Shown piece after piece: positions 39,031-49,172 of a stretch of DNA of 52,488 nucleotides (the first letter of the stretch is position 1; each line of letters starts with the position of its first letter). The notes under the pieces were generated by a model. It was not told where the DNA came from and made no database searches. It worked only from the letters and a program-made list of their open reading frames with translations. Origin of the DNA: a virus (taxonomy: Duplodnaviria; Heunggongvirae; Uroviricota; Caudoviricetes); the IMG/VR virus record IMGVR_UViG_2537561830_000002. One strand, 5' to 3'. The translations under genes were made by a program, and so were the position numbers.

Positions 39031-39623
39031 TCTCTCCGCCACTTTATCAATGACTTATCTCCCGACTTCCCGCCTTGCTTTTCCTAAACAGAACAATCGT
39101 AGAATATTCTTGAAGGGTTAGATCGTCACTGTTTTCTGTTCGATACTGTGACATTCAGCACTTGATTCGCTATGGATCTGACAGGAAGGTTTCGAGCGAA
39201 AATCTGCAGTTATTCAGTCGTTTTCTTATCGGTCACCATTATTCTTTTAGACATTGATCCTACAAAGCTGCCGCAAAGTTGGTGGTGGGAACTGAAGTTG
39301 CGTAGAGAAGGGGTCAATACCCGGGGGCAAACATGGGCTGGCAAAAGTGTAGCGGTATTAGGCGCAGCTATTTAGCCTAGTTATGTTTTATGAAAACTTG
39401 ATATCATATAAGTGTCTTACTTATTGGCTGTAAATAAGTTTTTCCTAAGGAATTGTTTCTTGAGTATCATTTGTAACTGTAACGGAATTTATAATCCTTT
39501 GCTTTATTGTTACGGTATTTTTTATCACACCCTATTTTTAGTGGTTTTTTATACTGAAGTTTGGCAAAGTGAACTTTATATACATATACTTCATCCTGGT
39601 TTCAGTTAAATTGGGTGGATGAT

Positions 39624-40367
39624 ATGGCAACTACATGTTCAGTTATATTGATTTTGGAGTCCTTTGATGTTTATTTCGGAAAAGAGATTGTGTTTCTGGA
39701 GAGAGGTTCATCTGTACTTGTCGACTCTAGCTCTAGAGATTTTTTCCTGACATATCCTGAAAGAGTGATAGTGGCGGATTTTGGCGCTGAGTTTATTAGT
39801 CGCTATTTGAAAGCTAATAACTTAAGGGATATTTCTGATTGTAGGGAATATCCATCTTATTTAAAAATAAACTTTGCTGACTTCAGTTTAATTAAAGGAT
39901 TAATTAGTTGGGCTAATCACTGTGCTGAATACATAGAAATTTTTGATGAGTCTATTGCTTTTACATGTCTCTCTGCATTTTCTTCTGAAAAACAATTTGG
40001 AGTATTTCTGTTTGGATGTTTGAAAAGCACAGGGGCTAAAGTTAAAACGATTATTCATACGGATTTATCTGCACCATGGCGTCTTAAGGATATATCATCA
40101 AGATTATATCTCAGCGAAAGTTTACTAAAGAGGAAATTGAAAGAAGAGGGGGTATCATTCAGTAAGATCATACTTGATGAGAGGATGCAAATGGCTGAAT
40201 ATTTACTCAGCACTCGTTGTTATCCTATTAGTAAAGTAGCTAAGGTCTGTGGTTATGCCAGTGTCTCATACTTTACTTATGTATTTAGACGTTATTTTGG
40301 TGTTTCTCCAAGTCAATACTCTCAGAGGAGTTCAGAAAGTAAAATTCTTACTCACCAGGGAATCTGA
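39624..40367 (+). CDS. AraC/XylS-family transcriptional regulator
   Basis: C-terminal double HTH (ISKVAKVCGYASVSYFTYVFRRYFGVSPSQY); AT-rich; alternative GTG start at 39615. Confidence 0.8.
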   Translation: MATTCSVILILESFDVYFGKEIVFLERGSSVLVDSSSRDFFLTYPERVIVADFGAEFISRYLKANNLRDISDCREYPSYLKINFADFSLIKGLISWANHCAEYIEIFDESIAFTCLSAFSSEKQFGVFLFGCLKSTGAKVKTIIHTDLSAPWRLKDISSRLYLSESLLKRKLKEEGVSFSKIILDERMQMAEYLLSTRCYPISKVAKVCGYASVSYFTYVFRRYFGVSPSQYSQRSSESKILTHQGI

Positions 40368-40408
40368 TCATTGTTCTTGCCCCCTTATTTCCAGACAGGG
40401 GGTGTATC

Positions 40409-40636
40409 TTAAGTTAACGTTACCCGCTGACGTCGATATTCTCGCAGAGAGCGATAACCCAACGCACTGTGCGGATGGTTTTCATTGTAATGTTCGATCG
40501 CCACTGCAAGATTATGCAATGCCGTTCTTACATTCGGTTTCGGCATGAACGCGATGTAGTCTTCCTTCATCGTTTTCACGAACCTTTCTGCCATTCCATT
40601 ACTCTGAGGACTGCTGATTGCCCATGAGGAGTACAA
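40409..40636 (-). pseudogene. IS3-family transposase (OrfB) C-terminal remnant
   Basis: [17 protein letters not shown]...[20 protein letters not shown] is an integrase-core C-terminus; no N-terminal part. Confidence 0.7.
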
Positions 40637-40856
40637 TTAAACGGGTTAATCAGTTTCTCCATTTGAAAGAAAAAAGACTTCTGTACTGTTTGATATCACC
40701 GCTATTTTCTTATTTTCTGTGCAGGTCGTAGTGGGACAAAACTGAGACACATAAGGCCTCACAATGGCTTGCAAGGCTTTACATGTTTTGATGTGGTGGG
40801 ACGTGTGAGCGCAGTGTTGATGGGGTAATGCTTTGAATTAGAAGCGGATTCTTATA

Positions 40857-40903
40857 ATTCGTAATGCGAAGGTCGTAGGTTCGACTCCTATTATCGGCAC
40901 CAT
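40857..40903. repeat. attR core: 47-bp direct repeat of the thrW 3' end
   Basis: Exact copy of 1399-1445. Confidence 0.85.
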
Positions 40904-41543
40904 CAACAGAAAACCCCGTAAAAGCTGCATTGTTTAGCATGTTTATCTAACGGTTTGTAACTTCTGTTCTAACGTCCGCTATCACTTACAAACGCCTATA
41001 CGTTGTTATGGGCTTTGGTAGTGTAACACGTATGGGCGAGTAGTTCCCAGGCTCAACCTCGTAACAAGTTCCTTTGAAGCTGGAAGACGTGCCACCGTCT
41101 CTAAACCTTCTACCAAAACTCTTAGCAAGATGTTCCACACCTGGCGCGGTGTCCAATGATGCTACACGTCGTGAGACGTTGCAGAGGATAAACAGGCTAA
41201 ATGATGGGAAGAGTTTTAAGTGCAATAGTGGATCAAAGCCCACCTCTTCAAAACCTAACTTGATCGGGAAAGAATCAAGCTCTAGCACGGTTTCGTCCAC
41301 CGGAGTACAACGGGTGCCTGATAAGAGAAGAACTGCTAAGACTTCATAGCTTTTGTGAAAAAGCCCTTTTTAGTGGATACGCCTACGGCGCTTATTTTTT
41401 GGTATAACCATCAAAGGCGCTTTATGGCTCCTATTGTCTTGAAAATGTATCTTTACTTGTATTGTGTTTTATGCGTAGTCTCCCTGTGTAGTATGTAACT
41501 TGTTAATTTTCATATGAATACAGAGGCAACACGATGAAAAACA

Positions 41544-41696
41544 TTGCAGCTATAAAACGTAATAACCGCAAGATTCACGCTCGTAAGTTCCTGTCTACGC
41601 CAGAGGGAAAAGCCTGGCTAGAGCGTAAACAGCGAGAGAACGAAGAAAGAAAACTCCTTAGTGAGTTGAAATGGCTTAAGGATTGAATCACCAGTA
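41544..41696 (+). CDS. small basic ORF (50 aa), hypothetical
   Basis: AGAGG RBS; Lys/Arg-rich; below the ORF-track cutoff. Confidence 0.35.
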
Positions 41697-42236
41697 GGCG
41701 CATAACACATCCAGCGATCAAAGATGTGTTTATGCGCCTGATAGTGAAATTATTAAAGTTTTTTAGTTAATGTAGCCATTGCATGAACGATGATCGCTAG
41801 TGAATCGATTTTATCTCGAGGGGTAAAATAGATGAGGTATATGATGGTAACAATTACAGCTAAAGTAATTGTGGTTCTGCAGGTTTTTAAAATGGATGAG
41901 ATAAAGCGCATAGATACCCCCTATTGATTTAACAATAGCAAAGTATCATTTATTTTTTATTGCACGCAACATGCAAATTTTCACATATAATAGTTTACTA
42001 TTCACTTTGTATGGTGTCAACAAGATGATGTGTTGTTTTGTTTGATTTGTTCAAGATAATGTTTCATTTTCTCATCTATATAACTTGTGTTTTAGATAAT
42101 TTCACTAATTGTAAAAGTTACGTATTGCTTAATAGCTACCTTTTTATCTGAAATCGGCGCAGACGTGATCAATGTTTAACGCGAAGATCAGCGGCGTCAG
42201 GTCCACGCAGCGACAATTCTCAAATATCAGGAGGCA

Positions 42237-42788
42237 TTACGCTTCCTGCTCTTTCTTAATACGTTGCACTGTCTGTGTGCTGACACTGAAATCTTTTGCT
42301 ACGCTCCGAATTGATCCACCATTCGCGAGAGCGGCAACAATTCCCGCTCGATCAATTGCTTTTCCATTACCACGTTTTGCTATACGCCCAGCTGCCTTAG
42401 CTGCGGCGATCCCTTCACGTTGACGCTCAAGCATCATTTCACGTTCCATTTGTGCCACTGCTGCAAGCACTGTGAGCATCATATTCCCTGCGGGAGAGTT
42501 CTTCCCTGTCTTAAAGTCTTCTTTATGGAAATGCACAGACACGCCGCGCTCTGTTAATTGCTCAACCGTTGCCAGTAGGTCGGCTGTATTACGGCAAAGT
42601 CGATCAATGCTGTGAACATGCAAAACATCACCTTCACGCACATAGTTCATCATTGCCTCAAACTGTGGGCGCTGGGTATTCTTGCCTGACGCTTTATCTT
42701 CAAAGACTTTATCAAGAGTTACTCCAGCTAATTGACGGTCTGTGTTTTGTTGGACAGTCGATACCCTAATGTATCCAATATTAGCCAT
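42237..42788 (-). CDS. small serine recombinase (resolvase/invertase family, 183 aa)
   Basis: MANIGYIRVSTVQQNTDRQ... catalytic Ser motif; C-terminal HTH; GAAGGAAA RBS. Confidence 0.85.
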   Translation of the reverse strand: MANIGYIRVSTVQQNTDRQLAGVTLDKVFEDKASGKNTQRPQFEAMMNYVREGDVLHVHSIDRLCRNTADLLATVEQLTERGVSVHFHKEDFKTGKNSPAGNMMLTVLAAVAQMEREMMLERQREGIAAAKAAGRIAKRGNGKAIDRAGIVAALANGGSIRSVAKDFSVSTQTVQRIKKEQEA

Positions 42789-43296
42789 TTTCATTTTCCT
42801 TCTGTGTTGATTTGTGTGTAGTGATTATTGATCGTGTTGATTAGGTGTGTAAAGGACTTTTTTCACTACGAAATTCGAAGGTTTTTAGTGTGGTGATTTA
42901 GCCTGCTTTATCACTACACGTCTTGCATGAGAATCATGTGGTTACGTTTTGGTAAAATTAGCAAGCTATTAAATAGTGTGTTTATTTTGAAAAAATAATT
43001 TTTTGTTGCATTAAAGAAAACTTGTTCGACAGATAATAGATTGATTTTTAATCAATAATTTCTGATAGTGCTCTGTAAGCCGCATTACACAAGGATTTGC
43101 GAAAGTGATGTAAAAGTGAAGAAAGCTAACATTGCACTTTTTAAGCTACTTTTCATTGAATTTTTAGTATGGAATTACATAAGGATTAATCATCAATTAA
43201 TCTTGAATTTAAGCCTGTTTTAGATGTTTAATTTTGGTAGCAAGAAACACTTTTAGAAGATCATTGCACAGATGTTATGTGATAAATGGATGTAAC

Positions 43297-43349
43297 GGTA
43301 GGTCACTGTGAGCTAGGGGGTAGGTCACTGTGAGCTAGGGGGTAGGTCA
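43297..43349. repeat. 2.4 tandem copies of a 22-bp unit (iteron-like)
   Basis: ggtaggtcactgtgagctaggg repeated head to tail. Confidence 0.7.
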
Positions 43350-43486
43350 ATTTGAACCACAATAAGACTAACGATAATACTAATAATAAAACTAACTATT
43401 AAACTATATAATATAATTCTTTTTTATCTTTATAAGAATAATTATAGGGATACCCGTTAGGGAGTCTAACGACTATCCCTTAATCT

Positions 43487-43514
43487 ATTGGCATTCGCCA
43501 GAACCTTGCACAAG
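43487..43514. repeat. left arm of an imperfect 28-bp inverted repeat
   Basis: attggcattcgccagaaccttgcacaag matches the reverse complement of 43830-43857 at 25 of 28 positions. Confidence 0.5.
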
Positions 43515-43829
43515 TTAGACTGATACTTCTCATAACACATAGTTTTTTGTTTGTTGATGTTAGTTAGTAGATCTATGTTCGCTAATGCCGCTCACAACGA
43601 ATATGTAATCTACTATGTGCAAATAGCCTACGGCTTGCGTAAGGCTAAATAGTCTTGCGCTGTGCGCAGAACGATAATTAACTAACTACCATCTAACGAT
43701 TGAAATTTACTTGTGCAATAACCTGAGCGTAAGCGAATGGTTGTTAGTGTCTATGCGCTGTGCGCTTCAATAGTTCCATTGATGAGGCTTACGCCAATCT
43801 AACGATCATCAATCATCTAAAATAAATTT

Positions 43830-43857
43830 CTTGTGCAATGTTCTGGCGAATGCAATT
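43830..43857. repeat. right arm of the imperfect 28-bp inverted repeat
   Basis: cttgtgcaatgttctggcgaatgcaatt. Confidence 0.5.
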
Positions 43858-44147
43858 AGAGTAGCGTTACCCCTTTGGGGATGCTAACGCATAACTATAG
43901 ATCAACCATCAAACAGACAAAAAAGAAAAATATGGTTTAAAGATGTTAGGTAGTAGATGAGATTCTACCCCTTAAATAAGCCTCTGGCGAGCTAAACAGC
44001 CTCTACATAAGGGAATGTATTGTTTTTATCAAAACCTCGTTAGAACGCATTTTAGAGCGTTTTAGAGAATAAGGAAGAATAGGAGTACTCGTAAGAGCAC
44101 GAATTGCTCGTAAGTGCATGAAAAAGATCGATTTTTTTCGGAAATGG

Positions 44148-44182
44148 TATTGACAAACGTCTCTTTCTGTGCAATAATAGGT
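44148..44182 (+). promoter_or_regulatory. candidate sigma-70 promoter for the small-gene operon
   Basis: TTGACA, 17-nt spacer, AATAAT; about 120 nt upstream of the first ORF. Confidence 0.4.
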
Positions 44183-44302
44183 ATTAGAGGGACAGGAATA
44201 GATTCTTATCCTCTAAATAATTAAACCAATGCACCGCACTTTGAAGCCCAAGGCTTGCAAGGTGTCTTTTTCTTTTAACCAAATAGAATAGGAGGTTAAT
44301 TA

Positions 44303-44485
44303 ATGAAATATTTCACTCCACAGGATGTAGTAGAAGCCTGGAAACGTGGTGAGATCAACCGCTTTAAAGTAAGGATGTATAGAAACACCGCTCGCCGTTG
44401 TGGTTATCCAGAGCGTGAAAAATGCTTTGACGATGCACTAAAAATTATTGATGAACTGCGTAAGGCAGAAGCAGAGAAAGAATAA
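44303..44485 (+). CDS. hypothetical small protein (60 aa)
   Basis: Strong RBS TAGGAGG; AT-rich. Confidence 0.5.
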   Translation: MKYFTPQDVVEAWKRGEINRFKVRMYRNTARRCGYPEREKCFDDALKIIDELRKAEAEKE

Positions 44486-44506
44486 TAACAGGAGAAGGAG
44501 AAAACT

Positions 44507-44674
44507 ATGAGCGAAACCAAGAAACCAATTCCACGCACTTACCTACACGTTGACCCTGAAATTTTCAAGATTTTATTTGCTGAAGCCAAGAAAAGGCAAA
44601 TTATGGTCAGTGATTTGATGTTAGAAATCATTACTGAAGCAGCAGAGAACATCAAACAAAAAAAGGGTAAGTGA
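44507..44674 (+). CDS. small ribbon-helix-helix-like DNA-binding protein (55 aa)
   Basis: Beta-strand-like PRTYLHVD followed by two amphipathic helices; RBS GGAGAAGGAG; assignment by pattern only. Confidence 0.45.
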   Translation: MSETKKPIPRTYLHVDPEIFKILFAEAKKRQIMVSDLMLEIITEAAENIKQKKGK

Positions 44675-44725
44675 TCCTCATTCACTTTAGTAGCGCATTA
44701 AGCGTGATTTATAAGGAGATTTTTA

Positions 44726-45352
44726 ATGATAAACCAGCCAACTTTTACAAAACACTATAACACGTTTGATAATATATCAAAGATTTACTCTAATGAATTT
44801 CCAGAAGGTAAGGTTTTAGATTTATTGCACATTGTTCTTTATTATAGATTTCTTAGTTATCAGGAAAATGGTCTTAATTGTTATGAAAGTCACGAAACAT
44901 TAGCTAAGATTTTTAAGTCTTCACCATCAACAATTAAACGTAAGATAAACGATCTTAAAGAGATGGGATTATTAGAAACATCCCCACATCCTGATCCGTA
45001 TATTTCATCTTTGATTTACAATGCTCTCCCTCTCACAGATGCACATATTACTCCCCCAGGAGAGTCATCACTACCTGATCCTTCTGAGAAAGAAAACGAA
45101 TCTAATGAAATATTGAATGTTTCAGAAATCATCGTTGAAGAAGAAAAACAGGAATCAGAGTTCCCTGAGCGGCCCGAAATTTTTACTTGGCTTCTTTCCC
45201 TTGATAAGAAGAAACCACCGCACGAAGAAACAGAAGATTTTGTAAAACGAGCATTAGATTCAAAGAATATCTATCTTTGTGAAAATGATTTTGACTCTTT
45301 GATAATTGATCTCAAAAGTGAGAGCACAATATATGATTCACTACCCTTTTAA
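44726..45352 (+). CDS. hypothetical protein with winged-helix-like N-terminus and acidic C-terminus (208 aa)
   Basis: AAGGAG RBS; LAKIFKSSPSTIKRKINDLKEMGLLE HTH-like segment. Confidence 0.5.
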   Translation: MINQPTFTKHYNTFDNISKIYSNEFPEGKVLDLLHIVLYYRFLSYQENGLNCYESHETLAKIFKSSPSTIKRKINDLKEMGLLETSPHPDPYISSLIYNALPLTDAHITPPGESSLPDPSEKENESNEILNVSEIIVEEEKQESEFPERPEIFTWLLSLDKKKPPHEETEDFVKRALDSKNIYLCENDFDSLIIDLKSESTIYDSLPF

Positions 45353-45661
45353 GGAGAATAAATGGCTTATAACATCACTATAGGAAACAAAACTATTGAA
45401 ATAACTGAGAGCGGATACCACATTTTAAAAGCTATTTTGGAAATAGAGTTCTCACCGCCGACAGTGGTTAGCTTTTAGGGTTTAGCTCCTATCATCATTT
45501 TTTGGGATTTAACGCTTTCAATAATTGTGTAGGTGGTGCATCGGAAGTCGATCTGATGGCTCATTTAGAATGATACATTAGCTTCTAACAAACGTTCTAA
45601 CTAATAAAATGATGGGCGTATGTATAAGCGCCCAATGAAAATATTCAAAAAAGGAAAAATA

Positions 45662-45865
45662 ATGATTGGCTATATTCAAGAAACACAATTATTTCAGATG
45701 ATCCTGTCTGATGCAAAAAACTATGCTGAGTTAATCCGACTGGCAAAAGAAACAGAAGACTACGAAGCATTAGAGCGTTATCGTGATGAAGTGCTGACGC
45801 TCAAGACACCTTTTAACATCGTATTGAATATGATTAATGATGCATTACAAGGAGAAGCCGCATAA
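45662..45865 (+). CDS. hypothetical small protein (67 aa)
   Basis: AAGGA RBS; helical. Confidence 0.45.
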   Translation: MIGYIQETQLFQMILSDAKNYAELIRLAKETEDYEALERYRDEVLTLKTPFNIVLNMINDALQGEAA

Positions 45866-46173
45866 TGGAAGAAGATATTAGCAATGCAATGGAACAACTT
45901 TTAGATCTGACTATCTCACTACAAACAAGAATAAATCAAGCCTATTCAGATTTATGCGATTACACGCTCTCTCAATGCGTTATTAGCTTAATGAAGGTGA
46001 ATGTAAGCCTTGACGATTTTATCTCTCTGGTGAGCGATTTAGAGCTAATTGAGGACGATGCCAAGATGTGCACTCAAATCATCACAGACACCGCCAGCAC
46101 GTTAAAGGCTGCAAGTGAAGAGATTCAGCAATTAGTAGATGATTTAGCAAAAAGTGCTATTTCTTCTAAGTGA
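45865..46173 (+). CDS. hypothetical acidic protein (102 aa)
   Basis: TAATG coupling to the previous ORF. Confidence 0.5.
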   Translation: MEEDISNAMEQLLDLTISLQTRINQAYSDLCDYTLSQCVISLMKVNVSLDDFISLVSDLELIEDDAKMCTQIITDTASTLKAASEEIQQLVDDLAKSAISSK

Positions 46174-47077
46174 TAATGAAAATCATTTGCATTTATAACG
46201 ATTTCATTATATAATGATATTAGGGGTAGATAAAAAGGTTTTGACTGGTGTTAATCCTTCTACTGTCATAAATCCCTGCATATGGAAGGTGATAGCCTCA
46301 AAGGTTGAGTGGCATTAACCTCTAACAAATATTACCTTCCATCTCTCAAGAAGTTTTAGAATAATCATAACTCCCTCTTTGATTGTTGATTGTTTCTACG
46401 TTGTGTTGATGAATGTTGTTAGGCATTGTGCTTAATTTTGATAAAAGCGGGTAGGTGTTATCTCCTTGCCCTTCCCGCTCTTATTTTTCATCTATGCTTA
46501 TCCTAAAGCTCCTTATTTTGTCAGAAAACATTAAAGAGCCTTACACTGATAGTTATATTTTATAACTATTTACTAACATCATTAAACTATTATTTAATGA
46601 CAGAAGTTAGTAACAGAATAATCTATTAAGTTGTTGTCAAAAACAATCATCTGCATAGCGTTAGCCGCAAGCAGAGAGAGTTTAGCTAAGAATGGTGCAA
46701 TAAACTTTGGAAATATTGATAGCAAAACGGGTTTTATAGAATGCGGATCTATAAGCTTTGGTTGTAAAAACGATTTTCTGAAACGGTAGATTACTGTTGG
46801 TGTAGTTAATCATTATTAAAAATTTAATCTGTGAGTAGATTGGAATAGTGATTCCTTAAAATCTGACTGGTGCATCCACACCATGAAAGATAGCGGTTGG
46901 CCACCGCGCCCCGAATAGATATTCCTGATTGATTCCGCATGTTTTCCTAAGAGCATGTTTTCAGGAGTATCTATTCACCCTTTAAGCATATCATCAAGTA
47001 TATTTAAAAAGTGTATTTGCTGATATGTTTAATCCTCTTATAGTTTAACTTATCAATTATGTAATTGCCCGCACGTT

Positions 47078-47127
47078 AAAGCCCCTTTGCTGGTCAGAAT
47101 TAACCTCTTACGGCATTGGGGCTTTTT
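47078..47127 (+). terminator. candidate terminator (GC stem plus T-run, long loop)
   Basis: aaagcccc...ggggcttttt. Confidence 0.35.
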
Positions 47128-47157
47128 ATTTGTCTGGCACTAACAGGAACGTTATTT

Positions 47158-47355
47158 ATGAAACAAGAAATGATTATCAGCAAAGACGGGGAAACGATGA
47201 TTGTTAGTGATGAAAACCTCATTAAGGTTGCCGCACTGTTGGGAATTACTCCCGAAAGTCTTCGTTCTACCACTGCTCAATTATTTAAATCGGCTGATGC
47301 GGTTAGTCTTGCTGATGCCCTTAAATCTAAAATTAAACAACTGAAAGGAAAATAA
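47158..47355 (+). CDS. hypothetical small protein (65 aa)
   Basis: AGGA RBS; first gene of a compact plus-strand cluster. Confidence 0.45.
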   Translation: MKQEMIISKDGETMIVSDENLIKVAALLGITPESLRSTTAQLFKSADAVSLADALKSKIKQLKGK

Positions 47356-47359
47356 TCTT

Positions 47360-47743
47360 ATGGCTAACCCATATGGAAAATTAAAAGCAGTGAATGCGGA
47401 TAACTCCCGTTCACGCTGTAAGGTAGTAGCTTACGCTGCTGATCCAGTGCTGCAAGATCGCCTCGTCAAACTGGCTTCACCTCTCACTGACGATCTTATT
47501 GTCGGGGCTTTGCTGAAAGCCGATGGCACCAAAGCAACAACCGCATCTGATATTGCTCACATAGTAGTTGAACCGGCTTATGAAGGACAGGAAAGCGTAG
47601 TGGTTGCACATCCTACTTTCGTTATTCTGGCTGAAGATGGGATTGAATTTAACAGCATGGAAAAGGCAAGTGTTATTGCAAAACTGCAATCTCTCGGCTT
47701 TGTAATTGCTAGTTATGAAGAACTTGCGATCCCTACGACTTAA
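47360..47743 (+). CDS. hypothetical phage-like protein (127 aa)
   Basis: Tight spacing with neighbours; AAAGGAAA RBS. Confidence 0.5.
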   Translation: MANPYGKLKAVNADNSRSRCKVVAYAADPVLQDRLVKLASPLTDDLIVGALLKADGTKATTASDIAHIVVEPAYEGQESVVVAHPTFVILAEDGIEFNSMEKASVIAKLQSLGFVIASYEELAIPTT

Positions 47744-47757
47744 CAAGGAAAATAATA

Positions 47758-48789
47758 ATGAATGATTTATCAACATATTTTGGCGTTAATACTGCGGTAG
47801 TAACTCCATTTGCTTATGAGAATGCACTTAATACCCTGATTACTAATCTCGATCTGTTCGATGTGCAATATCATACAGAAAACAGCATTCTTCTTACCGA
47901 CCTGATTGATCAGTTTGTGCAGGTAGCTGGGGAAACCTCACCTTACGCTCAAAGCGACTGGAACGCCTCTAAACGTCAGGAATGGTCAAACAAACTTTTC
48001 CAGATGAAACACGTCGGCAGTATTAACGCTGTTACTTCTCGTGACCTGGAACAATACAGCCGCCAATATCCAAACCGTTCTGATGCTATGCTGGTAGCGG
48101 TTAATGATTTCTCTGAGGCTCATTACCGTTCACACGCAAACCGTGTTGAAGTGGATCTGATTACCGCGCTGCTGGGCCTGAAAGTTGAATCTGAATATGC
48201 CGGACAAGGTGATCTCGACTTCCTCGACGGTCAGGCTAAAACCACGGTACCCGCTATCGACTTTGCATCGACAACTGTTAACCCGTTCCTTGCTATTCGT
48301 AAAGCGGTGCGCTTACAGAGTGAAAAGCTGGGGTCTGGTCTTGCTGCAAAGCGAACTGGTGTAATTATCTTTGCTGCTGGCGCTGCTGCTGATGGTTTGT
48401 CATCTAACCCGCTGATCAGTGACATGGTGAAATATGCAGGCGATGCGAGTGCTACGGCCCTGTTTACCCGTATGGTTGATTCTAACCCAGCCTATGACTC
48501 TTTCCAGATTGGTGGGATCACTGTTATTGATGTGTCAATGTTTCCTGAGATTGTTGCTCACATCGGAGAGAACGGTTTCGCAATTGTTCCGGTAATGGAT
48601 AAAGCGGCACAGTGTTACCAGCTTCATAGCGGCGTTGGTGTGCGTCATGCTGAGTTAGGTCAAGATGCCGTGTTGCATCACCAATATCTAATCAAGGATG
48701 AATTCCAATTCCCATCTGTGGTTACTGAGACATCTTATCTGCCAGTAAACAACATTCCGCAAGCTATCATCTTCGGATCTGCTGCGTAA
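47758..48789 (+). CDS. putative phage structural protein (major capsid or major tail-like, 343 aa)
   Basis: Size, composition and position upstream of a tape-measure-like gene; no direct family match recognised. Confidence 0.5.
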   Translation: MNDLSTYFGVNTAVVTPFAYENALNTLITNLDLFDVQYHTENSILLTDLIDQFVQVAGETSPYAQSDWNASKRQEWSNKLFQMKHVGSINAVTSRDLEQYSRQYPNRSDAMLVAVNDFSEAHYRSHANRVEVDLITALLGLKVESEYAGQGDLDFLDGQAKTTVPAIDFASTTVNPFLAIRKAVRLQSEKLGSGLAAKRTGVIIFAAGAAADGLSSNPLISDMVKYAGDASATALFTRMVDSNPAYDSFQIGGITVIDVSMFPEIVAHIGENGFAIVPVMDKAAQCYQLHSGVGVRHAELGQDAVLHHQYLIKDEFQFPSVVTETSYLPVNNIPQAIIFGSAA

Positions 48790-48940
48790 TAAAGCGTTAA
48801 TAGACGATTCCCCATCGGGGCAATAAGGGTAAAGGGATTAACTAACCTGTAGGCGCAAATACAGTAACGAATCTCTTTGCCCTTTTTGTTTTTCTACTGT
48901 CTACAAACCCAAATAAAAATATATATGTGAGAGAAAACCA

Positions 48941-49138
48941 ATGAATACAGAAAACCCACAATCCTTTATTCTTAAGGCTGTAAAAGAACTGGCAGCTATT
49001 AGCGATGACTCAATAATCAATGTCAGTGCCTTATGCAGAATGCTTTCAATTGATGCAAATAATGTGCGGCAGCGTGTGTTTCAGACTGGGTGCAGCACTT
49101 TTGAGGCAATCCAATATTATTGCTCTAAAAAACAATAA
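48941..49138 (+). CDS. hypothetical small protein (65 aa)
   Basis: GAGAG RBS. Confidence 0.4.
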   Translation: MNTENPQSFILKAVKELAAISDDSIINVSALCRMLSIDANNVRQRVFQTGCSTFEAIQYYCSKKQ

Positions 49139-49172
49139 CAAACAATAATCATAATACAGGGAAACAATTAAC

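Noticed and set aside
40904-41530. ORFs 40986-41300 (minus) and 41074-41349 (plus) just outside attR
   Set aside because: Mutually overlapping, Ser/Thr/Pro-rich, no RBS; region more likely non-coding or degraded flanking sequence.
43297-43349. Possible CRISPR array
   Set aside because: Only 2.4 directly abutting copies with no spacers and no cas genes; better explained as iteron-like repeats.
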